DNA from: Felis catus
Lineage: Eukaryota
Direction: 5' to 3'
NCBI RefSeq assembly: GCF_018350175.1
Contig: NC_058368.1
Span: forward strand, 143,842,001 to 143,906,000
DNA length: 64,000 nucleotides
The notes beneath the pieces are model-generated. The model had not been told where the DNA came from, did not search any database, and saw nothing but the letters and a program-made list of their open reading frames with translations. This document shows positions 1 to 12,952 of the stretch, in pieces. Both the position numbers and the translations under genes were made by a program. Every line of letters begins with the position of its first letter. Position 1 is the stretch's first letter.

Positions 1-1963
1 GGGATGCTTTCCTTTGAAGACTCTTTGGCACCTTTTAAACGTGGTACCATGTTCATGACCTACTCAAAACAAGAAACTAGTAAAAAAAATTGGATTATGA
101 AAAATTACTACATGATTGCAGAAGGACTCTGGTAAACGGGGTAAAAAACATTACATGTACCAAGACAAGGTGGGAAATGCTGGGTCTTTCGCACTTCCTG
201 GCTGACCATGTTTTTACTAGAAAGGACAGAGAGCCAGGGATAAGGACATAGGTGCTTGAGCCTTTGTCTCTTTTATATACTTCAAGGCCAAGCCCCTGTT
301 TCCCTACGACATCAGGGAAACTTCTAATAAAGGGATTGGCCTTGACAGAATCTTGGATCAAGTTACACAGTCTAATCATTCAGTGGGCTCAAGACACGGT
401 GCCCTGGGGTCCTAGTTCTTCTGAAGCTTCATTTAGCATAAGAAACTACCATCTCTCTCTTTCAAAGGTGTATCCTGTGAAACGGGATAGAAGGAGAGCA
501 AACCAACTTCCATTTTGCACGTTCTTCGGTTCAGAAGGAAACACTGGGACACTTTCCTTAGAATGAGAAGGAAAACATCCTCTTAAAGCTAACTTAGAGA
601 CTTGCTGTTCTTTGAGCTTACGCTCTACACAATCGGGACATTGAAGCCACAGCGGCACAACCGCAGCAGGTGGTCACCCAGCCAGTGGTGAGAACAAACG
701 CCTGCCTTCTAGAGACCATTCTTTTCTGTGTAATAAGCAGTAACCTATTCAGACTCAGCACAGATTCCTCCTTTTTCAAGTGACAGAGAGAGCTGCTGAA
801 TGCTGCTGGCAGACTGACAACCCTTCATAATGTTCACTATCTCCAGGTCAGGTGCAGGAAAGACCCTCCCCAGAGACCCAGCTGCACAGAAGAGTGCCCG
901 TATCTGGAGAGACACCAGGGCTCTTCTATCCGGAGAAAGCTATCAGGATACTGTCTGGGGCCCGTGTCAGGCAGGGCTGGCAGCAGGGCCAGGAGCCAGG
1001 AGCCAAGCTCTTGGGCAGCGGCATTCAGGAACACAGACTTTGGAGCCAGAGCGCACGGTTTACATGCCAGCCAATCAAAAGTTTAAATAACTTCTGCTTT
1101 TTCCCCTCTGTAAAACAGAGATCAAACCCTTACTGGGTTTTTATGAGGATTAAATGAAATCACAAATGTAGTGCTTAGAATAGTGCCTGGCATATAGCAA
1201 GTGCTGTAAGTCTCAGCCATCATTGGAACCTCCTGTTCCATTCCTGGGCTCAGGGTTGAGTCTTTTCCTGGCTGCCTCCATGCGATTAGAACTTTCCTGA
1301 CCTTAGTGGATGTTCCAGAGGGCCCCAGCAAAAGACTTTTGCACAAATAAGGAAATAACAGGCATTCTGCTGACTGATAGGCATCTGTTCACCACCCTGA
1401 TTCTCTGGACACCTACTGTTCACAATTCTTTACGCGGTGAAGGAAAGGACACAGTTAAATAAGCTCATGCACCGACACTGCTCAGCAGTGTGGCATGGAG
1501 CAGATGCTGGTTCCTTCCCTTCTCCGTCTTTTTCTCCTTCTTCAAACAGCTATTACATATAACCTCATGGTCATGCTATATACGGAGGACAAAGACAGGT
1601 ATGTAACAGAGGAATGCACTAGAAGTTAAAACAAAACAAAACAAAACAAAATTCACACACATTCCATTATGACAGAGGAAAAGAGCAGAGAGCAGACGGA
1701 CCAAGCTGCCCAGGCCTCTGGTGGAGGTGGGCAGCAAGGCCCAGCAGAGGCTAATTTCGTTGGAGGAAAAGCAAAGGTACATTTGAATCCCCATAGTATC
1801 TACAAGGCATTGTTTTTTCTGTACAAAAATATGGTATTCTTCTTCGAGGAGAAAAATGGGATCGTGAAAGGCCAATCAATAAAGATGCAAAAACACGTAA
1901 AGAGCCTTCCTGGAAAATAGGTCTTCTGAGATGAAGCAGAACAAGGGGAGGAAATGAACTTAC

Positions 1964-2030
1964 TTCCAGTTCAGGGGCTGCATATCGGCCTTGAAGAGCG
2001 TCAGAACTTGACCTTGTCGTGGACGTCAAG
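1964..2030 (-). CDS. SERINC5: SERINC5 exon 9 (67 nt): CLTSTTRSSSDALQGRYAAPELE
   Basis: Within ORF 1751..2047; TAG acceptor; GTAAGT donor; start of the long cytoplasmic loop. Confidence 0.96.
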
Positions 2031-4164
2031 CTAAGAAACAAACACATGTTATATCACATCAAAGGAAGGGCAGAGCCACCTCCCTGCACCCTCTTGTTGG
2101 GGCTGCTTAAGTCTATTTCATCTTTCAGTACCCCACTTTATTCCAAAATGGATGCATCGTTTTTATAGTTCATGTCTTTTTACACGGATTGCATTAGATC
2201 ATTTTAAGCAAAGAGAGGTCTGCAGATGAAGAAATAAATCTTTTGGTCCTATTATCTTGGTTTTCACTTCTCTCTCTCAAGCTGCCCAAAATAATTTTCT
2301 GATTTCCCTTTTATCTTTCCCCTCTCTTTGACTACTCTCACTTAGAAGGGATCGAAATCAACAAAAGAACCCAGAGACAGCAGTAAAAAAAGCAAGGGCG
2401 TGAAAAGCAAAGGTCACAGTTACTTACTGTGATAATCAACCTTTGGCAGAACAAGGTTTTCTGTTTGCAAATTCAATAGAGTAGCTGTGAGTGTGATTTA
2501 AAAAAAAAAAAAAAAATTCTTCCTACCACTCTCCCTACACCCAGATAGGTAAAATGTTATAAAATCTGGCTTACAAGGGTAATATAGGTATATCTTCTGG
2601 GGTGAAGAAAAGGAAATACTTTAAGCAAACAGAAATGTATAAATACTTAAGTTTCCAGCTAACTCTATAAATTCCTTTAGCAAATATCTGCTGAAGGCCT
2701 GCCATGTGTTCTAAGCCCCGGGGAATTTAGTGAAAAAGACAACAATCCCTAGCCCCTTGCACGAAACCACGCACGCACGGACATATCCTATGTGCCAGCC
2801 TGGAGGCGGGTAGGGAGTGTGGCCACTGGAGAAGCAGGAATTAGCAGGTTCATTTCAACCAAATAAACCCCAAGAGGCAACACTGCTTTTCTCTGTTCAT
2901 TCTCATCCTCTTTCTCAAGGAGAGAAGAGATCAATGAGATGCAAATAAACAATAAAAAGACTTCCTCATAAAAAAGTCTTCTGGGATCCAAGCGCACTCC
3001 TTTTGTGAGCCACTCAAGCCCAATAGCGTCACTTTGGTTTCTGCTCTGAACAGATGGATGCTAATGGAGGCCCACTCCATTCCCACTTCCTAACCTCGAG
3101 CCTAATCAGAGGAATTGTAGAGATACTTCCTGATGGTTGTGCACCCAAGAAACACACACACCTTGCTCCTGCATGTAAGAGCATGCTGTATTTTCTGCAT
3201 GTAAATTATGATTTAATATATCATTTCTGTGGAGGAAAAGTTAGGTTTTGATTCTGACACCTCTGTTACTTTACTTCCATCGTCAGACAGCAATAAACTA
3301 AGCTTTTGTTCTTCTAAAAATACCTGCATTCAGTTCATCATTAATGACACAGAACTTCTCTAAGTAGATGCTACTATAAAATATTATTATAATTCAGTCA
3401 TGGCCTTTACCCACAAAATACTCTTCTTGGAATTACCTTAGAAACGTTGTTTTTACAAACTCCTTAAAAGCCTAGGAAATTCTTATTGTCTGCATTCTAT
3501 TACTCAGAGCCATCTGTTTGGTGAGCACAAGACGAGTTGCTAAACAGCAGCCCCTGGATTATGCATAACCTCCTCCTTTCCAGGGCTAAGGTACGAGCAA
3601 CTTTCACCCAGTGCTTCCTGTCGGGGGGTGGAAGGAGACTGACAAGATTTGGTTGGGACAGTGTATCACCATACAGATAAGTCATAGCCTATTCACTGTC
3701 TCTAGTCTTCACTCACAAAAAGCCAGCACTGTCTGGCAGTTATTGTGACAATCAAAAAAAAAAACACCTCCCCTCCAGCCACCTACCCCCTCCCACCGCC
3801 ATGCCCAGGGCCTCTTCCATATCGGCAGAATGATTCAAAATGCAGGTGGCCCTCCGCACCTGCTTCAGCTGCTTTTGGAACTGGCCAAACTCCCCCAGAT
3901 CAAAGAAAATCTCTACAGAACATGTCCAGACTTTCCTGTTGGAGACCATAGATTCTGCTCCCTGACAAACTTACAGGGCCCTTGAGGGATCCCATGACTA
4001 TTCCCACCCTTAAAGGGAGGAAGTTCAATTATGTTCCCGGTACACAGTATAAGTGGTGATTCACAGCTCCCAAAGGAGACCACCATCCCATGTGAACTGG
4101 GTGGGGGTGGGGGTGGGGGGAGGGGGATGCCTTTACATGCCCCCGATGCAGAACCAGGAAAAAA

Positions 4165-4278
4165 TTCTTTTAAGTTTCTTTATTTTTCACTAATCTCTAC
4201 ACCCAACCTTGGGCTGGAACTCTTAACCCTTAGATCAAGAGTCGCATACTCTTCTGACTGAGCCAGCCAGGTGCCCTG
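4165..4278 (-). mobile_element. Short old CanSINE
   Basis: tRNA-derived head in reverse. Confidence 0.8.
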
Positions 4279-4376
4279 AGCCAGGAAGATTTCTGATAGG
4301 TGAGGAAGTGGCAGGATTCCCAAAATAAAGGCTGTACACTGCTCTTTTTTTTTTTTTTAATAGATCCGTCTTTCTT

Positions 4377-4579
4377 CAACGTTTACTTATTTTTGGGAAA
4401 GAGAGAGACAGAGCATGAACGGGAGAGGGGCAGAGAGAGAGGGAGACACAGAATCGGAAACAGGCTCCAGGCTCTGAGCCATCAGCCCAGAGCCTGACGC
4501 GGGGCTCGAACTCACGGAACGTGAGATCGTGACCTGGCTGAAGTCGGACGCTTAACCAACTGCGCCACCCAGGCGCCCC
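4377..4579 (-). mobile_element. Young SINEC_Fc-type CanSINE
   Basis: GGGGCGCCTGGGTGGCGCAG head; TSD 4359-4376 / 4580-4597 with 2 mismatches. Confidence 0.93.
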
Positions 4580-5190
4580 AACAGATCCGCCTTTCTTAAA
4601 TAAAAGTGGCAGACACAAAACACACCAAAAGAATAGACACCTTGATTTGCCAATTCTTCTCAGTTTAAGCCAACCTTCTCTTCAATTCTCTTACCAACCT
4701 TATTCTTACTTCTACATAGTCTACTCCATTGCCACGAAAGTTTCATTTTGAACTAGCAAGTTGTTTGACATTTAATAAAGATCCGTAGTTTTTCTAATTT
4801 TCTATTCAAATTTCTTAACATTTAAATAATAATTTTTTTTCTCATAGGCATAGTTGACACTGAAATAGCCAGGACCATTTTACAGCACAAATACCTCCCG
4901 ATAACAAAATGAGACAAATCATACACCTTATCCTTGTACCTCAGAGAAGCATCTGACTCCAAGCAATTCCAGGGGCAAAAGTGATTATGAACATGCCTCT
5001 CCGAGTACTCTAGCAAAGGAGACTCAAGGAGAAGTTTCCTGAGATCGGGGGTAGAGAATCACAGAAATAGGCTCTATGCCCCTCAGTTTCCTTTTTATGT
5101 ACAAGGGAATTGAAGCTGATTGCCCCCAGGATCCTGCCAGACTGCACAGTCTCAACTTGAAGCCAGCAAAATAGTAATTTCAATCACCTA

Positions 5191-5403
5191 GCAATGCCTA
5201 GGTGGCTCAGCTGGTTAAGTGTCCAACTCTTGATTGCTGCTCAGGTCATGATCTCACAGTTTGTGAGTTCAAGCCCCACATTGGGCTCTGTGCCGACAGT
5301 GTGGAACCTTTTTGGGACTCTCTGTTTGCCTTCCTTTCTCTGCCCCTCCCCTGCTCACACTCCCTCTCTCTCCAAAATAAATAAATAAAACATTTTTTAA
5401 AAA
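5191..5403 (+). mobile_element. CanSINE
   Basis: Head, CT-rich region, A tail. Confidence 0.88.
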
Positions 5404-5865
5404 TCTAGAGACCAAGAAGGGGATTAAGGAATAGTTAGTGGAGGGTGGGGCCCATTACAGCAAAGATCCAGGCCTAAGTGGGGGTAGGAGGGTGGATCTA
5501 TAGAAAGAGCCATTGGGGAAACTCCTACATGGGGTCCAAGCTGTGACACTTCTTCACAGCAATGATGCCTGGGTACAGTAGAAGGGGCATCTGGAGGAAA
5601 ATTGACTTCAGGTGGAAAGCTAGGGAGTAGGTTTAGGTTGAGCCCTCTTTCAAGCTAAAACAGCAAAGATAAAACATACTCATAGTGAGTCATGAGAGCT
5701 CCCTAAAGAAGCATGTATGTCTGTGTGTTGGTGGAGGGACAGTGGAGCTGGCTGGCTCCAGATAGGGAAAGAGATAGTGCAGTGAGCCTTCCAGGACCTT
5801 ACAAAAAAGTTAACCCCAATCCCAAGCAATCATGTGACTTGCAGTGAAAATGTGTGATTTCTTCT

Positions 5866-6349
5866 TGCCATTTGCAACTACATGGATGAAACTAGAGGGT
5901 ATTATGCTAAGCAAAATTAGTGAGGCAGAGAAAGACAAATATCATGTAACTTCACTCATATGAGGACTTTAAGAGGCAAAACAGATGAACACAAGGGAAG
6001 GAAAGCAAAAATATTATAAAAACAGGGAGGTGGACAAAACATAAGAGACTCTTAATTACGGAGAACAAACAGAGGGTTACTGGAGGGGTTGTGGGAGGGG
6101 AGATGGGCTAAATGGGTAAGGGGCATCAAGGAATCTACTCCTGAAATCACTGTTGCACTATATGCTAACTAACTTGGATATAATTTTTTTTAATTAAATA
6201 AAAGAAAAAACACTTATCACGATGAGCACGGAGTATAGAATTGTTCAACCACTCTATTGTACACCTGAAACTAATATAACATTGTATGTTAACTATACTG
6301 GAATTAAAATTTAAAAAGACATTTCAAAGCATAATAAAAAAAAAGAAAA
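5866..6349 (+). mobile_element. L1 3' fragment with two stacked 3' ends
   Basis: L1 3' sequence; ~20-bp TSD GAAAATGTGTGA(T/C)TTCTTCT at 5846-5865 and 6350-6369. Confidence 0.9.
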
Positions 6350-6484
6350 GAAAATGTGTGACTTCTTCTCCTTCTAACAGTCAAACTACACAGTCTTCAG
6401 TTTTCCTACAATGTCTATCAAGAATTCTAAATATTCCTTAAAGTGGGGGGGGGGGGGAGATTCTAGATATTCCTGCAATCATCT

Positions 6485-6666
6485 TTTTTCTTTTCTTTTT
6501 TTGAGAGAGAGAGCACACGCGCAGCAAGAGACAAGAGAGAGGAAGAGAGAATCTACACCTTCAGCACAGAGCCTGTTGTGGGGCTCAATCCCCATGAACC
6601 GTGAGATCATGACCTGAGCTGAAATCAAGAGTTGTATGCTTAATAGACTGAGCCACCCAGGCGCCC
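6485..6666 (-). mobile_element. CanSINE
   Basis: Reverse head and tail. Confidence 0.88.
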
Positions 6667-7631
6667 TTTCTGCAATCATGTTTAAATGACAGTTTCCACG
6701 CAAGCAATGGAGCCTCATTTTGTAACATTTTCCAATCTCTCATTCCTCTGAGTCTGGGAAGAGACATAATCTCTAGAAAGTCAAGATCCGAAAACGTAAA
6801 CTGGGCTGCCTCCCCTTCCCAGCAGCATTCCCTGACTTGAGGCTCTACTGGGCCTGATCTCACTTCCCTGGGAGCCCAAGACACTTGGCTAGAGAGTTCT
6901 CAAAGCTGACTCCTCCCGGAGCTGCACGGATCCTCACAGCGAACACTAATCACCAGCCTCCGGAGGGGTGCTTCACTGAGTCCTGGGAGAAGTAGCTGCC
7001 CATCACAGGGAGTGTGTTCGTGCCCTGCATCCCACAAACACTCCTGGTCACTCTGCACTCCGCTCATGGAGATGCTGTTAATGCCCCCCACCTCCACCCC
7101 AAGTCAGGTCTCGTTACTAGCATTCAGAGTATTTGTTACCAGCATTCAGACAGATTTTAAGTAGCAGTGGTCAGCTTTGAAAATTGTTATCTTTTGGGAA
7201 TATCAACCAAAAGGGGTGAGGTTTTATTTATCACCTCTCACGCAAGGGTGGCAATGAAAATCTGACACGGTGAAAAGTCCATGCTGCAAAACAACACCAT
7301 GTGGCAGTTCTATCAGCACACTAAGTAGAATTGTTGCCATCTTTCCACTGACAGATTTATAGCAAATCTAGGCCCTGTTTCATCTAAGCAGCAGACACCT
7401 TTTTTCATGTGTGATGAGGCATTCAGCAACCCACACAAACACAGAGTTTTATTCTGTCAAATATCTTTCTAGGTTTTTTTAAATAATACAAAAACAAAAG
7501 AAATGCTACCTCCCTATAAAACAAAACCAACAACAAAAATAAGTTATCTCCAATACCACTGCTATTATAGGTTTGGTGATTTTTTTCTATATAAGTAAAC
7601 ATAACCATATTTCATTTGTATTCAAAAAAAA

Positions 7632-7857
7632 ATTTTAATGTTTATTTATTTTTGAAAGAGAGAAAGAGAGACAGACTGCAAAGGGGGGCAAGGCGGGGAG
7701 CAGGCTGGGGTGGGAGAGGGAAACACAGAATCCGAAGCAAGCTCCAGGCTCCGAACTATCAGCACAGAGCCCAACATGGGGCTCAAACCCATGGACCGCG
7801 AGATCAGTACTTGAGCCTAAGTCAGACGCTTAACCTACTGAGCCACCCAGACACCCC
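7632..7857 (-). mobile_element. CanSINE
   Basis: Reverse head and tail. Confidence 0.88.
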
Positions 7858-9189
7858 AACTATATTTTATTTTTGAAATGGAACCGTCTATCATTACATT
7901 TTAGTAATCTACTTCCTCCCACATAATTTGCCAATATTTTTTTACATACTAATACAGAAAAAACTGAGTGATAAATGATGAAATTAGTCACGCTACTGTC
8001 ATTTCCCCCAAAGCTCAATAAGGACTCAGGAAGGAAAAGCTTACTCAGAAAAAGGAGAGCTGAGAATTGGCAGTCAGCATTTGGCTGGCTTTATGGTTTT
8101 CCTGAAAACATTCACGAACTTGAGCCTGAATCCCATCCACTACTTTGGACGTAGTAGGTACTCAGTGAACAACTATGGAATTAATAAGAATGAAAGGTCG
8201 AAATGGTGACCGTGGTCCTTTCTGCTGCAAGAAGGAGAATGTGTCACTATGTCACGGGCAGGATAAGAACCAGTATCACACAACTGTCCCTGGAACAACC
8301 ACCTGCAACACAAGCAAGCATTTCATGGCTTGATGCGTGACTGAACAAGTACTCAAGACCCAGTTCCCGCATCTTCAAAACGTCTGTCGGTCCCTTTCTA
8401 AAAGTAGGGAGTGTTAGAAGCTGTAAGAGAACGTGCCAACGTTCTCAGAAAGACATTTTATTTCTATTAGCCAAGGGAAGATCATAATGTACCTATGCCA
8501 AGTTGAAATTTTTATACACTGAAAGGTAATAAACAAAGCGGAAAACCTAAACATGAAAAAGTCACTGTCAAAAGGAAGCTTAGTGATCAGCGAAATACCT
8601 ATCAGAATCAGTAACTAAGCATTTCTACCCGTTACTTTTCTCCCTTGGGCAAACTCTTAAACATTCTAAATAAAGGTGGAACACACCCCACGACTAGCAT
8701 GTGAACTACAGTCTGCTTTAACAGCACTGTGGGTTTTAGCATAAAAGAAAAGGGACGTTTCCTGTCTTTCTCGGGCCAAACACAAAATGACTGTGTAAGT
8801 ACTGCTCTGTATTCTTTCCATCAGCAGCAGAACAAATGATACTTCCCTTGGATTAGAAAGCTGCCAAAACATTCTGGCACATACTATCTCTTCCCTGCTT
8901 TGTATTCCCTTGCCCTCCAATAATGCTTTAGCAACTAATATCCAACCGTCCCCTGAATGGCTACAATGTACTATGTATCTAATTTATTTATGCATATAAA
9001 TGCAAGTAAGGAAAGTGAAGTCCAAACACTGTGCTTCCATGCTGTAATACAAACTTTTAACTTCAAGCTATTTTCCTCTTCCTCAGATGGGATTTGTTTT
9101 GCTATCTCATACTTGCTGCAACTTACTTAAATTTTTCTCTGCACTTTTAAGTCTGCAAGGATGGTCTCAAGTTATCTCCTAAGACTTAC

Positions 9190-9316
9190 CATGAATATAA
9201 GATGCACACGAACAAGAGAGTGGTACCTAGTCCAGTAACCAAGTTTTCGTCTCTGTACAGGTCTTGGCCGAACTCTGGCACACAGATCGTAACGTTCTTC
9301 CCATGCTCATCTAGAA
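9190..9316 (-). CDS. SERINC5: SERINC5 exon 8 (127 nt): VLDEHGKNVTICVPEFGQDLYRDENLVTGLGTTLLFVCILYS
   Basis: Translated by hand; contains the N-V-T glycosylation sequon; AAG acceptor; GTAAGT donor. Confidence 0.94.
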
Positions 9317-10194
9317 CTTACGAGGAAAAGACAAAATAATCACAGTTAATCAGAAAAGCTTTTTGTAACTCACAGACGCATTCGTTTTGGGAAAATCTGC
9401 GTATCTTTAGAAGAGTGAAGACTTATCATTGGAAACTTCTAGTCCACAGCCCAACTTGACTCAGACTAGACTAGATTGTTGCTATGTCAAAGCACTCCCT
9501 CCCACCTAAGCACCCTCTTAGCACAAGACCCTCAGATTCCAGCTCCAGCGCCAAAGGGTTCTTCTGTTCCATGATGTAATAAGAGTCTTGCTCTTCTCAG
9601 TACTATTCAAACAGTAGCAAAAAGTAACATTAGATCCATTTATCAGCTGACTCAGCAGGCTCTGAACAGAGGTAGGATGCAGACATTAGCGTGTTTCCAC
9701 TGTTGTCTATCCTCTGTGGAAGAGTGGTGAGGCTACTCAACAACCAGACATGACTAGCTGGTCAACAGCCACCTGACCAACAGCCTCTACCCAGATGTGA
9801 AGTCCCTTAATTGCCAGTAACAGGATGGTCATGACTCTAGTATCCTTTGCTTGCTTGTTACCCACTTTCCCAGGAAAGTTCTCCCATAGCGGTTCATTTC
9901 TTTAAATTCTTTACACTTTTGTTAAAAAAATTTTTATATATGTCGTGTTTCTTTTTATTGATCAGGTATCTAAATTTATGGTGCTAAAAAAATCAGTTTA
10001 TTTATAAACAGAATAGCTTATTTAAAGAAAAGGTCTTTCCTCAACAATACTGCGGTGTGCATTAATTCCATTTGTTACTATTATGCACAAAAACCTTGCT
10101 TACAAGGGGATGGTATAAACATATCATTTTGTTCACTGTATTTAATAGGCATAACTGGCTAATAGTTACTAAATCATAATGTAAAGAAATGTGA

Positions 10195-10421
10195 GAGGTG
10201 CCTGGGTGCCTCAGTTGATTAAGCATCCGACTTCTGCTTAGGTCACCATCTTGCAGTTCATGAGTTCGAGCCCCACGTCAGGCTCTGTGCTGACAGCTCA
10301 GAGCCTGGAGCCTGCTTCAGATTCTGTGTCTCCCCCTCTCTCTCTCTCTCTCTCTCTCTCTCCCCTCCCCCATTCGTGTTCGTTCTCTCTCTCTCAAAAG
10401 TAAATAAAAACATTAAAAAAA
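10195..10421 (+). mobile_element. CanSINE
   Basis: TSD AAAGAAATGTGA. Confidence 0.92.
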
Positions 10422-10666
10422 AAAGAAATGTGACAATATTCAGGTACATGCTTTCTGAATGTTTCAAATTACAATCTATGAGTGCTGCCGATACCCATGG
10501 GAGAGAAGAAAATTACCTGTGCAAAAATGGAGGAAAAAATAGTGTCTAATCTGGGAATATTCTGAGATTTTCAGGATTTCTTAAAAATTTTGAAAGCCTA
10601 CATCATAATAAAGATTTCTATCATATTACCATCAGTGGTACTTTTTACTTAACACGGAATCTCCTA

Positions 10667-10698
<32 letters not shown>

Positions 10699-11199
10699 CT
10701 TTAAGTAAATTCTACGCTCAACATGGGACTTGAACTGATGGCCCTGAGATAGAGAATTGCAGGCTCTACTGACTGAGCCAGCCAGGCACGCCCAGAACTT
10801 CAATTTTAAATATCCAAGTTAGATCTGATTGCCAATAAGAAACATAAACATAAATTAACAGTCTAAAAATCATCTTACACACATGTACATTCTAATTATT
10901 TGAAGTCAGACTAGAATTATTACTGGTACCCACATTTGAAACAGTAAAAATAACTGTGTATGCTGTGGTTTAAGGAATCTTTATTCTTAGGCCAACAAAA
11001 AATAAAATTTCCCAGGCACCCCAATAAAATGTTTTTAATTGACCAAAATACTAACTTTTCTATTTAAGTAGTACCACCTGAAATTAAAAATAAGTTTTTT
11101 TCTGTTTTTAAGTGATACTTGCCATTTAAAAGAAAAATTCTGTAACCAAAAACCTCATTAAATTAAAACCAAAAACTAATAGTCATAAAAGAAAGTGTT

Positions 11200-11605
11200 G
11201 GGGCACCTGGGTGGCTCAGCTGAGTGAGCATCCAATTCTTGATTTCGGCTCAGGTCACGATCTCACAGTTCCTGGGAAAAGCCCCTGGGCTTTGCGCTGA
11301 AAACACTAAACCAGCTTGGGATTCTCTCTCTCCCTCTCTCTCTGCCCCTCCCCTGCTGAAGTGTAATACACACATACATATATAAGAAAGTCTTAAAGAA
11401 ACTAGATTTAGGGGCGCCTGGGTGGCTCAGTCAGTTGGGAGGCCGACTTCAGCCGAGTTCATGATCTCATGGTTCACGGATTCGAGCCCCGTGTCTGTGC
11501 TGACAGCTCAGAGCCTGGAGCCTCCTCTGGATTCTGCGTCTCCTTCTCTCTCTACCCCTCCCCTCTCTCTCAAAAATCAATAAACATTAAAAAAAATTTT
11601 TTTAA
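11200..11605 (+). mobile_element. Two tandem CanSINEs (starts 11200 and 11411)
   Basis: Two heads. Confidence 0.88.
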
Positions 11606-12115
11606 GTAGAGTCAAGATAGAGCTATTAAAAAAACTGAAGCCAGGATAGACTACAATTAATATAAGACCTACGACTGTATCATTTTGCACCAAAAGTAGC
11701 CATAAAGACAAGACTCACACAGTATGTGTATATAAAACTTTCAAAATTATCTTTGCATTTTTTCTACATTTAAAAAAGGAAAACAACTTCAATTTCCTAA
11801 AGACAGTATATTTATTTAACCTTATTTATACAAGACAAAATGTACCCTCCCACACATTTATATATAATTATGTGTATATATGTGTGTATATATTTATATC
11901 CACATTTATATACCACAAAAGTGAAACAGATGATGAAATAAAATGAGCTCAGAAATCAAAAGATGGAATGGTCTTTTGGTCTTTTACTGGCAAGTTTCAG
12001 GTGCTCATTATTATAACAATTTATAATATAATAGGACTCTTATAGTTCTTCAGTAATCATTTCAACTACTCTGTAATAACAGCTAACCCTTATGGAGCAC
12101 CTATTACATGCCAGG

Positions 12116-12116
<1 letters not shown>

Positions 12117-12156
<40 letters not shown>

Positions 12157-12159
12157 ACA

Positions 12160-12197
<38 letters not shown>
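12117..12197. repeat. Compound (CA)n(CT)n microsatellite
   Basis: Read directly. Confidence 0.97.
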
Positions 12198-12200
<3 letters not shown>

Positions 12201-12856
12201 AATTCTTTAAAAACAATCCTATAAAATAAGAATCTTATTTAATTACCTTGTTAAAATAATAATTAAAATCCTTATTTTAAAGACAAGGTATCTAGGCAGA
12301 GAGAGGTAAATAACTTTCTACAAGTTACTGAAGGGGCAGAACCAGGCTATAAAGCCAGGCGGTCCGACTCCAAAGTTCACACATGTTTTGTTGTCTCTAA
12401 AAATAAACATTATTTAAGATGAGCGATTCGAAGTCACACAGCCAGCATATGATAGAGGCAAGTCAAATCCTGTCTCCTGCTTCCCATTCCCATGTTCTTC
12501 CCAGTCTCTCTGACAGAGAGATGACCACCACTTAAAGAAAATTAATTAATAACCAATTAAAAAAAAAATAAGCAAAACACAAAAGTTCTTCGAAAACACA
12601 GATTAGGCCCAAAAGCAAACTCAACAGCCCATCTTTGTTTCCGTCTTTCCTACACAGCAGAAGACTCAGAAGAAGGAATTTTCATTTTCACATCCCATAT
12701 TAAGGACTTTATTTAGAGAAAAATCTAGATATCTCTATTTCGATTTATTGCATCTTTGACATTCTAAACAACAGCTCAGTAGAGACATATTCCTTCCTCC
12801 GCAATGAAAATATTAATATCACACACACCTGCTCCCTAAGAGGCCAGCTGGCTTAC

Positions 12857-12952
12857 CTACTTCTACAGGTTTGCTGGAGAGAGCTGAGAAAGTGAGATAG
12901 GTCACATAGCAGCTTATGAGCCCCGACTGCAGTAGCCCGGAATGCGGCTGTC
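12857..12952 (-). CDS. SERINC5: SERINC5 exon 7 (96 nt, phase 1-1): [31 protein letters not shown]
   Basis: Serinc motif SGLLQS..Y..YLTFSAL; TAG acceptor; GTAAGC donor. Confidence 0.97.

Noticed and set aside
1..1963. SERINC5 exon 10 (and exon 1 in 51985-64000)
   Set aside because: No matching sequence found and no CpG island; both presumably lie outside the window
4098..4127. G-quadruplex-like G runs
   Set aside because: Common motif, deep intronic, no supporting context
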